A stretch of 37,084 bases of DNA, from positions 1-37,084 of the forward strand of contig JACNFT010000040.1 in assembly GCA_014384505.1 (NCBI GenBank), read 5' to 3'. The translations under genes were made by a program, and so were the position numbers. Of this stretch, positions 9,628 to 17,819 are shown one piece after another. The stretch's first letter is position 1. Every line of letters starts with the position of its first letter. The notes beneath the pieces were generated by a model. That model saw nothing but the letters and a program-made list of their open reading frames with translations. It did not search any database and was not told the origin of the DNA. This DNA is from Cryomorphaceae bacterium (GTDB lineage: Bacteria > Bacteroidota > Bacteroidia > Flavobacteriales > BACL11).

Positions 9628-10347
9628 TTATTTTATTGCAACATACAATGAAACGATTCCAAAGCTAAGTGGAATGTGTTTGGATTCTTTAAATCCTACT
9701 TTAACGAGCTCAGTTAAAAAATTATTTCCTGAAGGAAATGCAGAAACTGAATCCGGCAAGTAACTGTAAGCATTTTTGTCTTTTGAAATAATACCTCCTA
9801 TAAAAGGCAATATATGATGAAAATATAGCTTGTAAAACTGTTTTAAAGGAAAATGAGTAGGCTCTGAGGGTTCAAGTATAGTTATTATTCCACCTGATTT
9901 TAGTGTTCTATACATTTCTGCAAGTCCTTTGTTTAAATCTTCAAAATTACGCACACCAAAGCCAGCAGTTATTGCATCATAACTATTGTCCTGAAAAGGT
10001 AAGTTTTCTGAATCAGCCAGTTGTAATTGAATCCTATCTGTAAGTCCTTTTTTATTTATTTTTTCAACTCCAACATCAAGCATTCCTTGTGAAATATCAA
10101 TACCTGTAATTGTAGCATTGGTATATTTTGAAGCACTAATAGCAAAATCCCCAGTGCCAGTAGCGATATCAAGTATTGTAGCTGGATTATTACTTAGTTT
10201 TTTAATAGCAATTTTACGCCAGATATTATCCATTCCAAAGGATAGTGTATGATTCAGAAAATCATAACTCCCCGCAATTTTATCAAACATTTGAGTTACT
10301 TGTTTTTTCTTTGTTTCTGTGTTGTTGTAGGGAGTAACTTTAGTCAT
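9628..10347 (-). CDS. ubiE: Demethylmenaquinone / ubiquinone-family C-methyltransferase
   Basis: MFDKIAGSYDFLNHTLSFGMDNIWRK and the SAM motif ILDIATGTGD are the UbiE/MenG signatures. Confidence 0.9.
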   Translation of the reverse strand: MTKVTPYNNTETKKKQVTQMFDKIAGSYDFLNHTLSFGMDNIWRKIAIKKLSNNPATILDIATGTGDFAISASKYTNATITGIDISQGMLDVGVEKINKKGLTDRIQLQLADSENLPFQDNSYDAITAGFGVRNFEDLNKGLAEMYRTLKSGGIITILEPSEPTHFPLKQFYKLYFHHILPFIGGIISKDKNAYSYLPDSVSAFPSGNNFLTELVKVGFKESKHIPLSFGIVSLYVAIK

Positions 10348-11321
10348 TAACTAATGTGTTTTAAAGCTTGTGTAAGTAATTTTTCTTTATTGATAGGCAC
10401 AACTCCTACCTCTTCACATACTATCCCACCTGCTAAGTTAGAAAGCACGGAAAGATCAGTATAATCCATGTTTGAAGCAAGACAAAGAGATGCTACAGAA
10501 ATAACAGTGTCGCCAGCACCAGAAACGTCAATAATATTTCTTTTAAAAGCTGGAGTATGCTTAAATTCCTTTTCAGAATTAATACACATCCCTCTTTCTG
10601 ATAAAGTAAGTAAAATTCCTTTTGCAGAAAGTTTTTTTCTTAGTTCTGAAGTAGCTTTTTCAATTTCAGCAATATTATTGGTATCAAAATCAACTTGCAT
10701 CCCTGCTTTTATTTCTGCTAAGTTGGGTTTAAATATTGTGCAGTTTTTATAAGAGTTAAAGTTTAGTTTTTTAGGGTCAACAATGGTAGGAATTCCTTTT
10801 TTATTTGCAGAATCAATCACCCTTTCAATTATTTCAGGAGTAAGTACTCCTTTATTATAGTCTTGCAAAATAATAACATCAATATCATTTATTAGACTTA
10901 TAGTAAGTTTTAAGAATTCTTCTACCTGTTCAATAGGAGAGGTTTCTTCTTCATCAATTCGTAATTGGTGTTTATTTTCAGCAATTACTCTAGTTTTAAT
11001 TGTTGTTTTTCTTTTATTAGTAGAAAGTATTCCTTCAGTGGATAGGTTCGATTCTTTCATTAGTTTCTCAAATAAAACACCTCTTTCACCCGCACCAATT
11101 ACTGAACACAAAATAGGATTAGCACCAAGAGCTTTTAGGTTTAGAGCAACATTTGCTGCTCCTCCTAATCTGTTCTCGTGTTTTTTGACTTCAACAACAG
11201 GTACAGGTGCTTCTGGGGACATTCTATTTACTTCCCCCCACATATAAGCATCAATCATGGAATCACCTACAATGAGAACTTTTTTATTATTAAATCCCTG
11301 AAATAATGTATTGAAATCCAT
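10347..11321 (-). CDS. PfkB-family carbohydrate kinase, RfaE domain I-like (heptose-7-phosphate kinase-like); no adenylyltransferase domain
   Basis: KVLIVGDSMIDAYMWGEVNRMSPEAPVPVV...LGGAANVALNLKALGA and the C-terminal DVSGAGDTV motif resemble HldE/RfaE kinase domain I. True substrate uncertain. Confidence 0.7.
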   Translation of the reverse strand: MDFNTLFQGFNNKKVLIVGDSMIDAYMWGEVNRMSPEAPVPVVEVKKHENRLGGAANVALNLKALGANPILCSVIGAGERGVLFEKLMKESNLSTEGILSTNKRKTTIKTRVIAENKHQLRIDEEETSPIEQVEEFLKLTISLINDIDVIILQDYNKGVLTPEIIERVIDSANKKGIPTIVDPKKLNFNSYKNCTIFKPNLAEIKAGMQVDFDTNNIAEIEKATSELRKKLSAKGILLTLSERGMCINSEKEFKHTPAFKRNIIDVSGAGDTVISVASLCLASNMDYTDLSVLSNLAGGIVCEEVGVVPINKEKLLTQALKHIS

Positions 11322-12517
11322 TAACTTAGTTTTGCTAATTGTTTTTTAATTCTTGACATTGCTTCCATTAATTTATCATCAGCTGCAGCATAAGAAATTC
11401 TTACGCATTCAGGATTTCCAAAAGCATCACCAGCTACAAAAGCAACATGAGCATTGTTTAGTAAATACATGCAAAAATCATTTGCATTATTAATGGTAGT
11501 ATTTCCAACTGACTTACCAAAATAATAACTTATATCAGGAAAGACATAAAATGCTCCTTGTGGAATATTACACTTAATTCCCTTAATACTGTTCAATTCA
11601 TTTAAAATCATATTTCTCCTTTTTAGGAAGGTATCTTTCATATCAATTGTAACTTCTTTTGGGTCAGCAAGCATAGCTGTTTCAGCTGCTTTTTGTGCTA
11701 TTGCACAAGTAGCGGAAGTAATTTGTCCTTGAATTTTATTACAAGCTTTAGCTACCCAGAGTGGCGCTCCAATAAATCCAACTCTCCAGCCTGTCATTGC
11801 AAAACCTTTAGAAACACCATTTACGGTTATTGTTCTGTCTTTCATACTAGCGATCGTTCCCATTGAAAAGTGAGAGTCAGTAAAGTTGATGTGTTCATAG
11901 ATTTCATCAGCAACAACATAAATATCAGGATATTTTTCCAGCATTTTTGCAATTGCCTCTAATTCTCTTTGGGTGTAAACAGTTCCACTTGGATTACAAG
12001 GAGAGCTAAACATTAATAGTTTCGTTTTTGGTGTAATTGCAGCCTCCAACTGCTCAGGAGTAACTTTAAAGTCAGTAGCAATAGTTGAAGGAACTTCAAC
12101 AGGAACACCTTCTGATAACTTGATGATCTCAGTATAACTTACCCAATAAGGACAAGGTAAGAGTACCTCATCACCAGGGTTCAATAAACTCAAACATACA
12201 TTGGCTAAGGATTGTTTAGCTCCAGTAGAAGTTACTATCTGTTCAGCTGTATATTCTAAATTATTATCCCTTTTAAATTTTTGAACAATAGCGTTGCTTA
12301 GCTCAGGTAATCCAGGAACTGGTGTATAGTGAGAAAAATTATCATCTATTGCTTTTTTTGCAGCTTCTTTTATAAAATCAGGTGTATCAAAATCTGGCTC
12401 TCCTAAGCTTAAGGCAATTACATCAATTCCTTTAGCTTGTAATTCTCTACTCATTCTTGCCATAGCTAGTGTTGCTGATTCTGCTAATCGGTTTAACCTG
12501 TCTGATACTTTTGTCAT
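11321..12517 (-). CDS. PLP-dependent aminotransferase class I (aspartate aminotransferase-like)
   Basis: 398 aa with LSLGEPDFDTP, SSPCNPSG and NGVSKGFAMTGWRVG (PLP-lysine motif SK), typical of AspC/AspB-type aminotransferases. Confidence 0.85.
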   Translation of the reverse strand: MTKVSDRLNRLAESATLAMARMSRELQAKGIDVIALSLGEPDFDTPDFIKEAAKKAIDDNFSHYTPVPGLPELSNAIVQKFKRDNNLEYTAEQIVTSTGAKQSLANVCLSLLNPGDEVLLPCPYWVSYTEIIKLSEGVPVEVPSTIATDFKVTPEQLEAAITPKTKLLMFSSPCNPSGTVYTQRELEAIAKMLEKYPDIYVVADEIYEHINFTDSHFSMGTIASMKDRTITVNGVSKGFAMTGWRVGFIGAPLWVAKACNKIQGQITSATCAIAQKAAETAMLADPKEVTIDMKDTFLKRRNMILNELNSIKGIKCNIPQGAFYVFPDISYYFGKSVGNTTINNANDFCMYLLNNAHVAFVAGDAFGNPECVRISYAAADDKLMEAMSRIKKQLAKLS

Positions 12518-12556
12518 GCTTTATATTATAGTGTTTATTGTGGTTTTTAAAAGGGG

Positions 12557-12564
12557 CAAATATA
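12557..12564 (-). promoter_or_regulatory. Candidate -7 promoter element (TATATTTG on the minus strand) for the aminotransferase operon
   Basis: Plus-strand CAAATATA at 12557-12564 is TATATTTG on the minus strand, about 40 nt upstream of the ATG at 12517. It lies in a 12-nt string GGCAAATATAGT that recurs upstream of the Cys-rich gene at 30945. Confidence 0.4.
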
Positions 12565-12651
12565 GTGAATAGTTGTTGGTTGCTAGTTTTTAGTTGTCAG
12601 AAAATTATGAGTAAAATTCATTTGGTAAATGAGTTTGTATATATTTACAAA

Positions 12652-12987
12652 ATGAAAAAATTATTATTTTTAACTGTATTCCTGTTGATTTCAGGCATTA
12701 CAAATGCACAAAAAGTTTTTACTGTTGAATACGCAAGCCAAGCTGATGTAAAAGTATTTGTTGCTGACTATGAAAGTAGGGCTGATTTATCTGTATTTAA
12801 AGTAGATTATGAAAGCCGTGCAGGAAAAAATGATGGAAACTGGTTTTTTGTAGATTATGCAAGTAGGGCAGATAAAAAAATATTTTTTGTGGACTATGCT
12901 TCACAAGCTGATGTTATCATTTTTTTTGCTGACTATAGCAGTAGGGCAGGATGGAAGAAGAAAGAAAAGATGCATTTGTTTTACTAG
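12652..12987 (+). CDS. Small secreted repeat protein (six Y-x-S-[RQ]-A-[DG] repeats), function unknown
   Basis: Start set at ATG 12652 (MKKLLFLTVFLLISGITNA|Q, a signal peptide followed by Gln). The mature part is KVFTVEYASQADV / KVFVADYESRADL / SVFKVDYESRAGKNDGNW / FFVDYASRADK / KIFFVDYASQADV / IIFFADYSSRAGW. The upstream 38 codons of the track ORF lack any coding signature. Confidence 0.7.
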   Translation: MKKLLFLTVFLLISGITNAQKVFTVEYASQADVKVFVADYESRADLSVFKVDYESRAGKNDGNWFFVDYASRADKKIFFVDYASQADVIIFFADYSSRAGWKKKEKMHLFY

Positions 12988-12997
12988 AATTTGAATT

Positions 12998-14329
12998 ATG
13001 AAAAAACTACTACTTATATTAATTGCTTTACCTATGATTGGTTTTGGGCAAAATCAAATTATTTGGGATGCAATTTCGGATGTATCTCTTTCTTCTTTCG
13101 GAAATAACCATCCAAGAATAGTTCATGATGGGGGTGGAAATCCGTTAGTAATTTGGAATAATTCCAACAATGTTATGTTCTCAAAATGGAATGGACTAAC
13201 ATTCTCTACTCCAATAGAACTAAATCCAACAAATATTGATGTAGCAGGAGCAAGTTTTATGGGACCTGACATTGCTTCACATGGCGATACAATTTATGTG
13301 GTTTATAAAGAGAATCCTGAAAACCTGATTACAACTCCTATTTGGTGTACCGCTTCTTATGATAATGGGGTAACTTTTCAAACTGCAGTAAAAATTGAAA
13401 ACTCCCCGACATCAATAACTCGATTCCCTACAATAACAACTGATGATTCTGGAAATCATATTGTAGCTTTTATGAAACTTGATTCTTCCTTCACAAACGC
13501 AAGATGGTTTGTTTCTGTTTCAAATGATTTTGGTACTTCCTTTCAGTCTCCAGTTTTAGCAAGTGGCTGGAGTAGCCCAACATCAGAAGTGTGTGATTGT
13601 TGTCCTGGTAGTATCGTTAGTTCTGGAGATAATATTTTGATGCTTTATAGAGATAATAACAATGATATTCGAGATACTTGGGTTGGAATATCCTCAGATT
13701 TAGGAAATTCTTTTAGTAATGGCGTAAATCTAAGCAATCTAAATTGGTTTTTCAATTCATGTCCTGGATCTGGTCCAGATGCTGTTATTATTGGAGATAC
13801 TCTATATAGCACTTTTATGAATGGATCAAGTGGTCTAAATAGAGTGTACTTTTCAAAATTATCTTTAATAACTCTTACTACTACATCTGCAAATTTATTG
13901 ACCGGAAATATATCAGGATTATCTCAACAAAATTTTCCTAGAATTGCGAAATCTGGAAATTCATTGGCTTTTGTTTGGAATCAAAATATTAATGGCAATT
14001 ACCAACTGCCAATTATTTCTTCTGAAAATATCAATAATGGAATACCTTTAAATTATGATACGGTTTCATTAAATAATATAAAAAACACAGATATAGTAAT
14101 GTTTGACAATCAAATCTGTGTAGTGTGGGAGGATGATAATTCTGGTACAGTAAAATATCGTTTTGGTACTTTCTCAATTCCTTCAACTGTAAGTGAATCT
14201 ACTTTTATTGAAAATAAAAAACTCCTTAAAGTAACAGATTTATTAGGAAGAGAAACAAAACAAACTAATCAACCTCTCTTTTACATCTATAATGATGGCA
14301 CTATGGAAAAAAAGATAATAATTGAGTAA
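12998..14329 (+). CDS. Secreted BNR/Asp-box (sialidase-like beta-propeller) protein with T9SS C-terminal sorting domain
   Basis: Signal peptide MKKLLLILIALPMIGFG|Q. Asp-box motifs S-x-D-x-G-x-[TS]-F occur at SYDNGVTF, SNDFGTSF and SSDLGNSF. The C-terminus ...KLLKVTDLLGRETKQTNQPLFYIYNDGTMEKKIIIE looks like a type A Por/T9SS sorting domain. Confidence 0.75.
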   Translation: MKKLLLILIALPMIGFGQNQIIWDAISDVSLSSFGNNHPRIVHDGGGNPLVIWNNSNNVMFSKWNGLTFSTPIELNPTNIDVAGASFMGPDIASHGDTIYVVYKENPENLITTPIWCTASYDNGVTFQTAVKIENSPTSITRFPTITTDDSGNHIVAFMKLDSSFTNARWFVSVSNDFGTSFQSPVLASGWSSPTSEVCDCCPGSIVSSGDNILMLYRDNNNDIRDTWVGISSDLGNSFSNGVNLSNLNWFFNSCPGSGPDAVIIGDTLYSTFMNGSSGLNRVYFSKLSLITLTTTSANLLTGNISGLSQQNFPRIAKSGNSLAFVWNQNINGNYQLPIISSENINNGIPLNYDTVSLNNIKNTDIVMFDNQICVVWEDDNSGTVKYRFGTFSIPSTVSESTFIENKKLLKVTDLLGRETKQTNQPLFYIYNDGTMEKKIIIE

Positions 14330-14362
14330 GTCATAATTATTCCGAGCCTTGGAATACAGCTA

Positions 14363-14572
14363 TTAATTCCTGCAATATGTCAATCATTCGCGTATTTATG
14401 TCTATCAATCACAAGTTTCTGTCCTTCAATCGTGTGTTTTATAGCATCAATCACAAGTATATAGCCGTCAATGCTGTGTTTTTGTTCGTCAGTTGCGTGT
14501 TTTATAGCATCAATCGTCAGTTTATACGCGTTAAAGCTGTGTTTATAGACGTTAATCGTGTGTATGTATTAT
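14363..14572. repeat. Tandem array of about 10 degenerate 21-bp units (consensus about TCAATCGTGTGTTTTATAGCN) with a 63-bp higher-order period
   Basis: Units start at 14405, 14426, 14447, 14468, 14489, 14510, 14531 and 14552, exactly 21 bp apart, with degenerate units at 14363 and 14380. The 19-mer GTGTTTTATAGCATCAATC occurs at 14434-14452 and again at 14497-14515, offset 63 bp. The array lies in the 323-bp convergent spacer between the T9SS cargo gene and meaB. Confidence 0.85.
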
Positions 14573-14652
14573 TAAAACTACTAGATAAGAGGGGCTGTGT
14601 AATTGTTCCTTATTACTAATTTGTATATTTTACTACTTAAAGAGGTTAATTG

Positions 14653-15594
14653 CTACAAATTTTCTAAAATTGTATAAATAGAACTGCCGTTTTTAAGAGA
14701 TTCTTCTGCTTGTTTCAAAGTATTATTTGCTTTTAGCAATTGGTACTTTTTATTTCCTAATTCGTGTTTTATAATATGATGTAACCAATAATTATTTTGT
14801 TTAATTCTATTGCTCATAAAATATGAATTTGCTTGCATTTGGTTATTGTATTTTTCTATCAATTCCCAAATGGTATCCAATCCTGTTTTATCTAAAGCTG
14901 AACAAGTACTCACTTGAGGAATCCAACCATTTTCTTTGGCAGGAAACAAATGTAAAGCTCTCTTATATTCCATAGCAGCATTTTTGGCTTTTATGCTATT
15001 GTCTCCATCTGATTTTGTAATTATTAAAGCATCAGCCAATTCCATTATTCCTCTTTTAATTCCTTGTAGTTCATCACCTGCACCTGCTAACATGAGCAGT
15101 AAAAAGAAATCGGTTAAATTACTTACTGTAGTTTCGCTTTGTCCAACACCAACAGTTTCTATTAGGATAATATCAAAACCTGCCGCTTCACACAAAATAA
15201 TACTTTCTCGAGTTTTATTGGCTACTCCACCTAAAATCCCACTACTTGGGCTTGGGCGAATAAATGCATTTTCATCAGCTGAAAGTTCATGCATACGACT
15301 TTTATCTCCTAAAATACTTCCATGTGTTCTCTCACTTGTTGGGTCAATAGCAAGTACAGCAATTTTTTTTCCTTTGCCAGTTAGTAGTTTGCCAAAGGCT
15401 TCAATAAAAGTGCTTTTTCCAACTCCTGGTACACCCGTTACTCCAACTCGTATTGATTTTTGACTATGAGGTAAGCATAATTTTAGTAATTCTTGAGCTT
15501 TTTGTTCATGCTCAGGCAAAGTGCTTTCTAATAGGGTAATCCCTTGCCCTAAAGCAGTGCGATTTCCTTCAATTATTTGTTGAGCTAGTTCCAT
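14653..15594 (-). CDS. meaB: MeaB/ArgK-type G3E GTPase (methylmalonyl-CoA mutase accessory protein)
   Basis: P-loop GVPGVGKSTFIEA, ETVGVGQSE and ITKSDGD motifs, with the length and layout of MeaB/ArgK. Confidence 0.85.
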   Translation of the reverse strand: MELAQQIIEGNRTALGQGITLLESTLPEHEQKAQELLKLCLPHSQKSIRVGVTGVPGVGKSTFIEAFGKLLTGKGKKIAVLAIDPTSERTHGSILGDKSRMHELSADENAFIRPSPSSGILGGVANKTRESIILCEAAGFDIILIETVGVGQSETTVSNLTDFFLLLMLAGAGDELQGIKRGIMELADALIITKSDGDNSIKAKNAAMEYKRALHLFPAKENGWIPQVSTCSALDKTGLDTIWELIEKYNNQMQANSYFMSNRIKQNNYWLHHIIKHELGNKKYQLLKANNTLKQAEESLKNGSSIYTILENL

Positions 15595-15971
15595 TATTTT
15601 ACAGCAATTATCGAAATTTCAACATTTACATTTTTAGGTAATACGGATACTTGTACCGCCTCTCGTGCAGGAGGATTCTCTGAAAAACATTTAGCATATA
15701 CTTGATTAACAGCTGAATAGTCGTTCATATCTATCATAAAGATTGAGCATTTTACTACATTCTCAAAATTCATGTCTGCTGCATTTAATACAGCCAAAAT
15801 ATTTTTCATTACCTGATTAGTTTCAGCAGTAATATTTTCTATTACTAAGTTTCCTGTATCTGGATTTATTGCTATTTGCCCCGAGCAATAAAGTGTATTA
15901 CCACTGAGTATAGCTTGGCTGTAAGGCCCTATAGCTTTTGGAGCATTTTTAGTATTGATTACTTTTTTCAT
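15594..15971 (-). CDS. ridA: RidA (YjgF/L-PSP) family reactive enamine/imine deaminase
   Basis: 125 aa with APKAIGPYSQA...SGQIAINPDTG...PAREAVQVSVLPKNVNVEI, the canonical RidA family pattern. Confidence 0.9.
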   Translation of the reverse strand: MKKVINTKNAPKAIGPYSQAILSGNTLYCSGQIAINPDTGNLVIENITAETNQVMKNILAVLNAADMNFENVVKCSIFMIDMNDYSAVNQVYAKCFSENPPAREAVQVSVLPKNVNVEISIIAVK

Positions 15972-15976
15972 TCTTT

Positions 15977-16618
15977 TTAGTTTCTGTGCCCAAATATAGC
16001 ACTTCCTACTCTAACCATACTGCTTCCTTGTTCTATTGCTAATTGATAATCTCCACTCATCCCCATGGATAGTGTAGTTATGTGTTCATTTTTTACAGTA
16101 TCAAACACAGTTTTAAGACTGCTAAATTCTTGTATTACTTGCTGCTTGTTATCTGTAAAAGTTGCCATTCCCATTAGTCCAACAATTCTAATATTTTGGT
16201 ATTCATTAGCAGTATTTACTGCTTCATTTACTTCAGATATATCAAATCCAAATTTTGTACTTTCTGTTGCAATATGCACTTGCAAAAGGCAGTCAATCAC
16301 TCTGTTGTTTTGTTTTGCCCTTTTATTAATTTCTTTGAGTAATTTAATTGAATCTACACCATGAATAAGTGAAACAAATGGAGCTATAAATTTTACTTTA
16401 TTAGTTTGTAAATGCCCAATCATATGCCAATTAATATCTTTTGGTAATTCTTCAAACTTTTGTACTAATTCTTGTACTTTATTTTCTCCAAATATTCTTT
16501 GTCCTTGTTGATAGGCTTCTATTATAGCTGAGTTTTGCCTTGTTTTAGATACGGCCACTAATGTTACTTCTTTAGGAATAGATTTTAGTATAGTATTTAG
16601 GTTAGCTTTAATATCCAT
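15977..16618 (-). CDS. yggS: YggS-family PLP-binding (PLP homeostasis) protein
   Basis: LVAVSKT (PLP lysine), FGENKVQE, WHMIGHLQTNKVK and MGMSGDY...GSSMVRVGSAIFG are YggS/PROSC signatures. Confidence 0.9.
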   Translation of the reverse strand: MDIKANLNTILKSIPKEVTLVAVSKTRQNSAIIEAYQQGQRIFGENKVQELVQKFEELPKDINWHMIGHLQTNKVKFIAPFVSLIHGVDSIKLLKEINKRAKQNNRVIDCLLQVHIATESTKFGFDISEVNEAVNTANEYQNIRIVGLMGMATFTDNKQQVIQEFSSLKTVFDTVKNEHITTLSMGMSGDYQLAIEQGSSMVRVGSAIFGHRN

Positions 16619-17817
16619 TATTCTAAAGAGTAGATGGTTAGTCCAGAACGTAATTTTGGCTCAATATAAGTGCTCTTTGGTGGCATAAATCTATTATTAT
16701 CAGCTACCTGCTTTAAGGCACTAATTGAGATGGGTTTTAAGATGAAAGCTATTTCATATTCTCCTGAATCAATTTTGTTTGCAATTATTGAAAGGGGAGT
16801 AGTGCCTGATTCAAAACTGATATTTTTATCAGTTTTTTCATCAGTAATATTTAGTATTGGTGCTAATATATTGTTTGATAATATTGCAGGGTCTAATTTA
16901 CTTACACAATCTTGCTCTATATTTTCCGATAATAAAACTAAGGAATACCAAGTTCCTCTTATGTACATGGAAATTTCATCTGTAATAGTAGGAGAGTAAG
17001 GAATATTTCCTTTTTTTATAACAGTATATGATTTTTCAATTTCAGCAATAAGTTCGTAAGAAGTTAGTCCGTTAGTGTGTTTTATTAATCGGTTAAAATT
17101 GATGATGTTCAATTGGTTTTCATCAATTAAAAAACTCATAAAATATGGACTATTTTTTTTAGTGCTATTTTGAGCTAAAAGAGCTGAAGATGCTGACCTA
17201 TGATGCCCATCAGCAATGTACAAATTATCAATACTTTTAAATGAATTTATAATAATATTGATGTCCTTAGTACTATTTACTAACCATAATTTATGGATTG
17301 TTTTATCAGTTGTTGCAAACTCGTACTCAGCTCTAGTTACTTTGTAATTTTGAATAAGATTAGTAACAGCTGTATTTTTTTGATGACACAATAAAACTGG
17401 TTCTGCATTAAAACCTGTCGTATCCAAGTAGCTTTTGAACATTTTTTCCCTTGCGGTAATGGTATGTTCGTGTTTTTTTATATTTCCATTTAAATAATCG
17501 GCAACTGCTGTAGCACCAATAATACCTTCAAAATTTTGACTTTCATTTGTTTGCTGATAAATATAAAAGCTTTCTGTATCTTCAGTTATAAAAAATCCAG
17601 CTTCTTTAAAATCATTAAACTTAGCTTTTACAGCATTAAATTTATTTTTTCCTTTTTGCTTAATATTAGGATTAATAATATGTAAAAAGGTAAATGGATT
17701 ATGTTCTAATTTTTCTTTTAAGGTTTCGTCAGAATAAGATAAATAGGAGCGTGTTGCTACTAGGTTAGCCTTGTCTCTTGTTGGGCGTATAGCCTTAAAA
17801 GGTCGAACGATTGCCAT
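16618..17817 (-). CDS. DUF1015-family protein (function unknown)
   Basis: The N-terminus MAIVRPFKAIRPTRDKA...ATRSYLSY, the internal ADGHHRSAS motif and a length of about 400 aa match my recollection of DUF1015. It is embedded between serA and yggS. Confidence 0.7.
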   Translation of the reverse strand: MAIVRPFKAIRPTRDKANLVATRSYLSYSDETLKEKLEHNPFTFLHIINPNIKQKGKNKFNAVKAKFNDFKEAGFFITEDTESFYIYQQTNESQNFEGIIGATAVADYLNGNIKKHEHTITAREKMFKSYLDTTGFNAEPVLLCHQKNTAVTNLIQNYKVTRAEYEFATTDKTIHKLWLVNSTKDINIIINSFKSIDNLYIADGHHRSASSALLAQNSTKKNSPYFMSFLIDENQLNIINFNRLIKHTNGLTSYELIAEIEKSYTVIKKGNIPYSPTITDEISMYIRGTWYSLVLLSENIEQDCVSKLDPAILSNNILAPILNITDEKTDKNISFESGTTPLSIIANKIDSGEYEIAFILKPISISALKQVADNNRFMPPKSTYIEPKLRSGLTIYSLE

Positions 17818-17819
17818 TT

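Noticed and set aside
12538-12651. N-terminal extension of the repeat-protein ORF (GTG start at 12538)
   Set aside because: The extension has no coding character and would bury the obvious signal peptide that begins at ATG 12652. It also overlaps the divergent promoter region.
14363-14572. CRISPR array
   Set aside because: The units are directly adjacent 21-mers with no unique spacers, are degenerate rather than identical, and no cas genes are present in the window.
14363-14572. Replication origin / DnaA-box cluster
   Set aside because: TCAATCACA matches the DnaA box TTATCCACA at only 6 of 9 positions and appears in just two units. There is no dnaA/dnaN context and no adjacent unwinding element that I can identify.
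14377-14619. 80-aa ORF (MSIIRVFMSINHKFLSFNRVFYSINHKYI...) across the repeat array as a real heptad-repeat protein
   Set aside because: The open frame follows automatically from a 21-bp (3 x 7) repeat. The product is an odd hydrophobic low-complexity string. No -7 promoter motif is visible upstream, and the ORF sits between two convergent genes. It is kept only as an alternative hypothesis in the repeat finding.
14936-15463. 175-aa ORF antisense to meaB, and similar antisense ORFs at 29144-29680, 21666-22127, 27312-27686, 16670-16999, 10468-10752, 16065-16364 and others
   Set aside because: Each lies wholly inside a confidently identified gene on the opposite strand. Their translations are low-complexity Ser/Leu/Phe/Ile-rich strings with no motifs. 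They are shadow ORFs.
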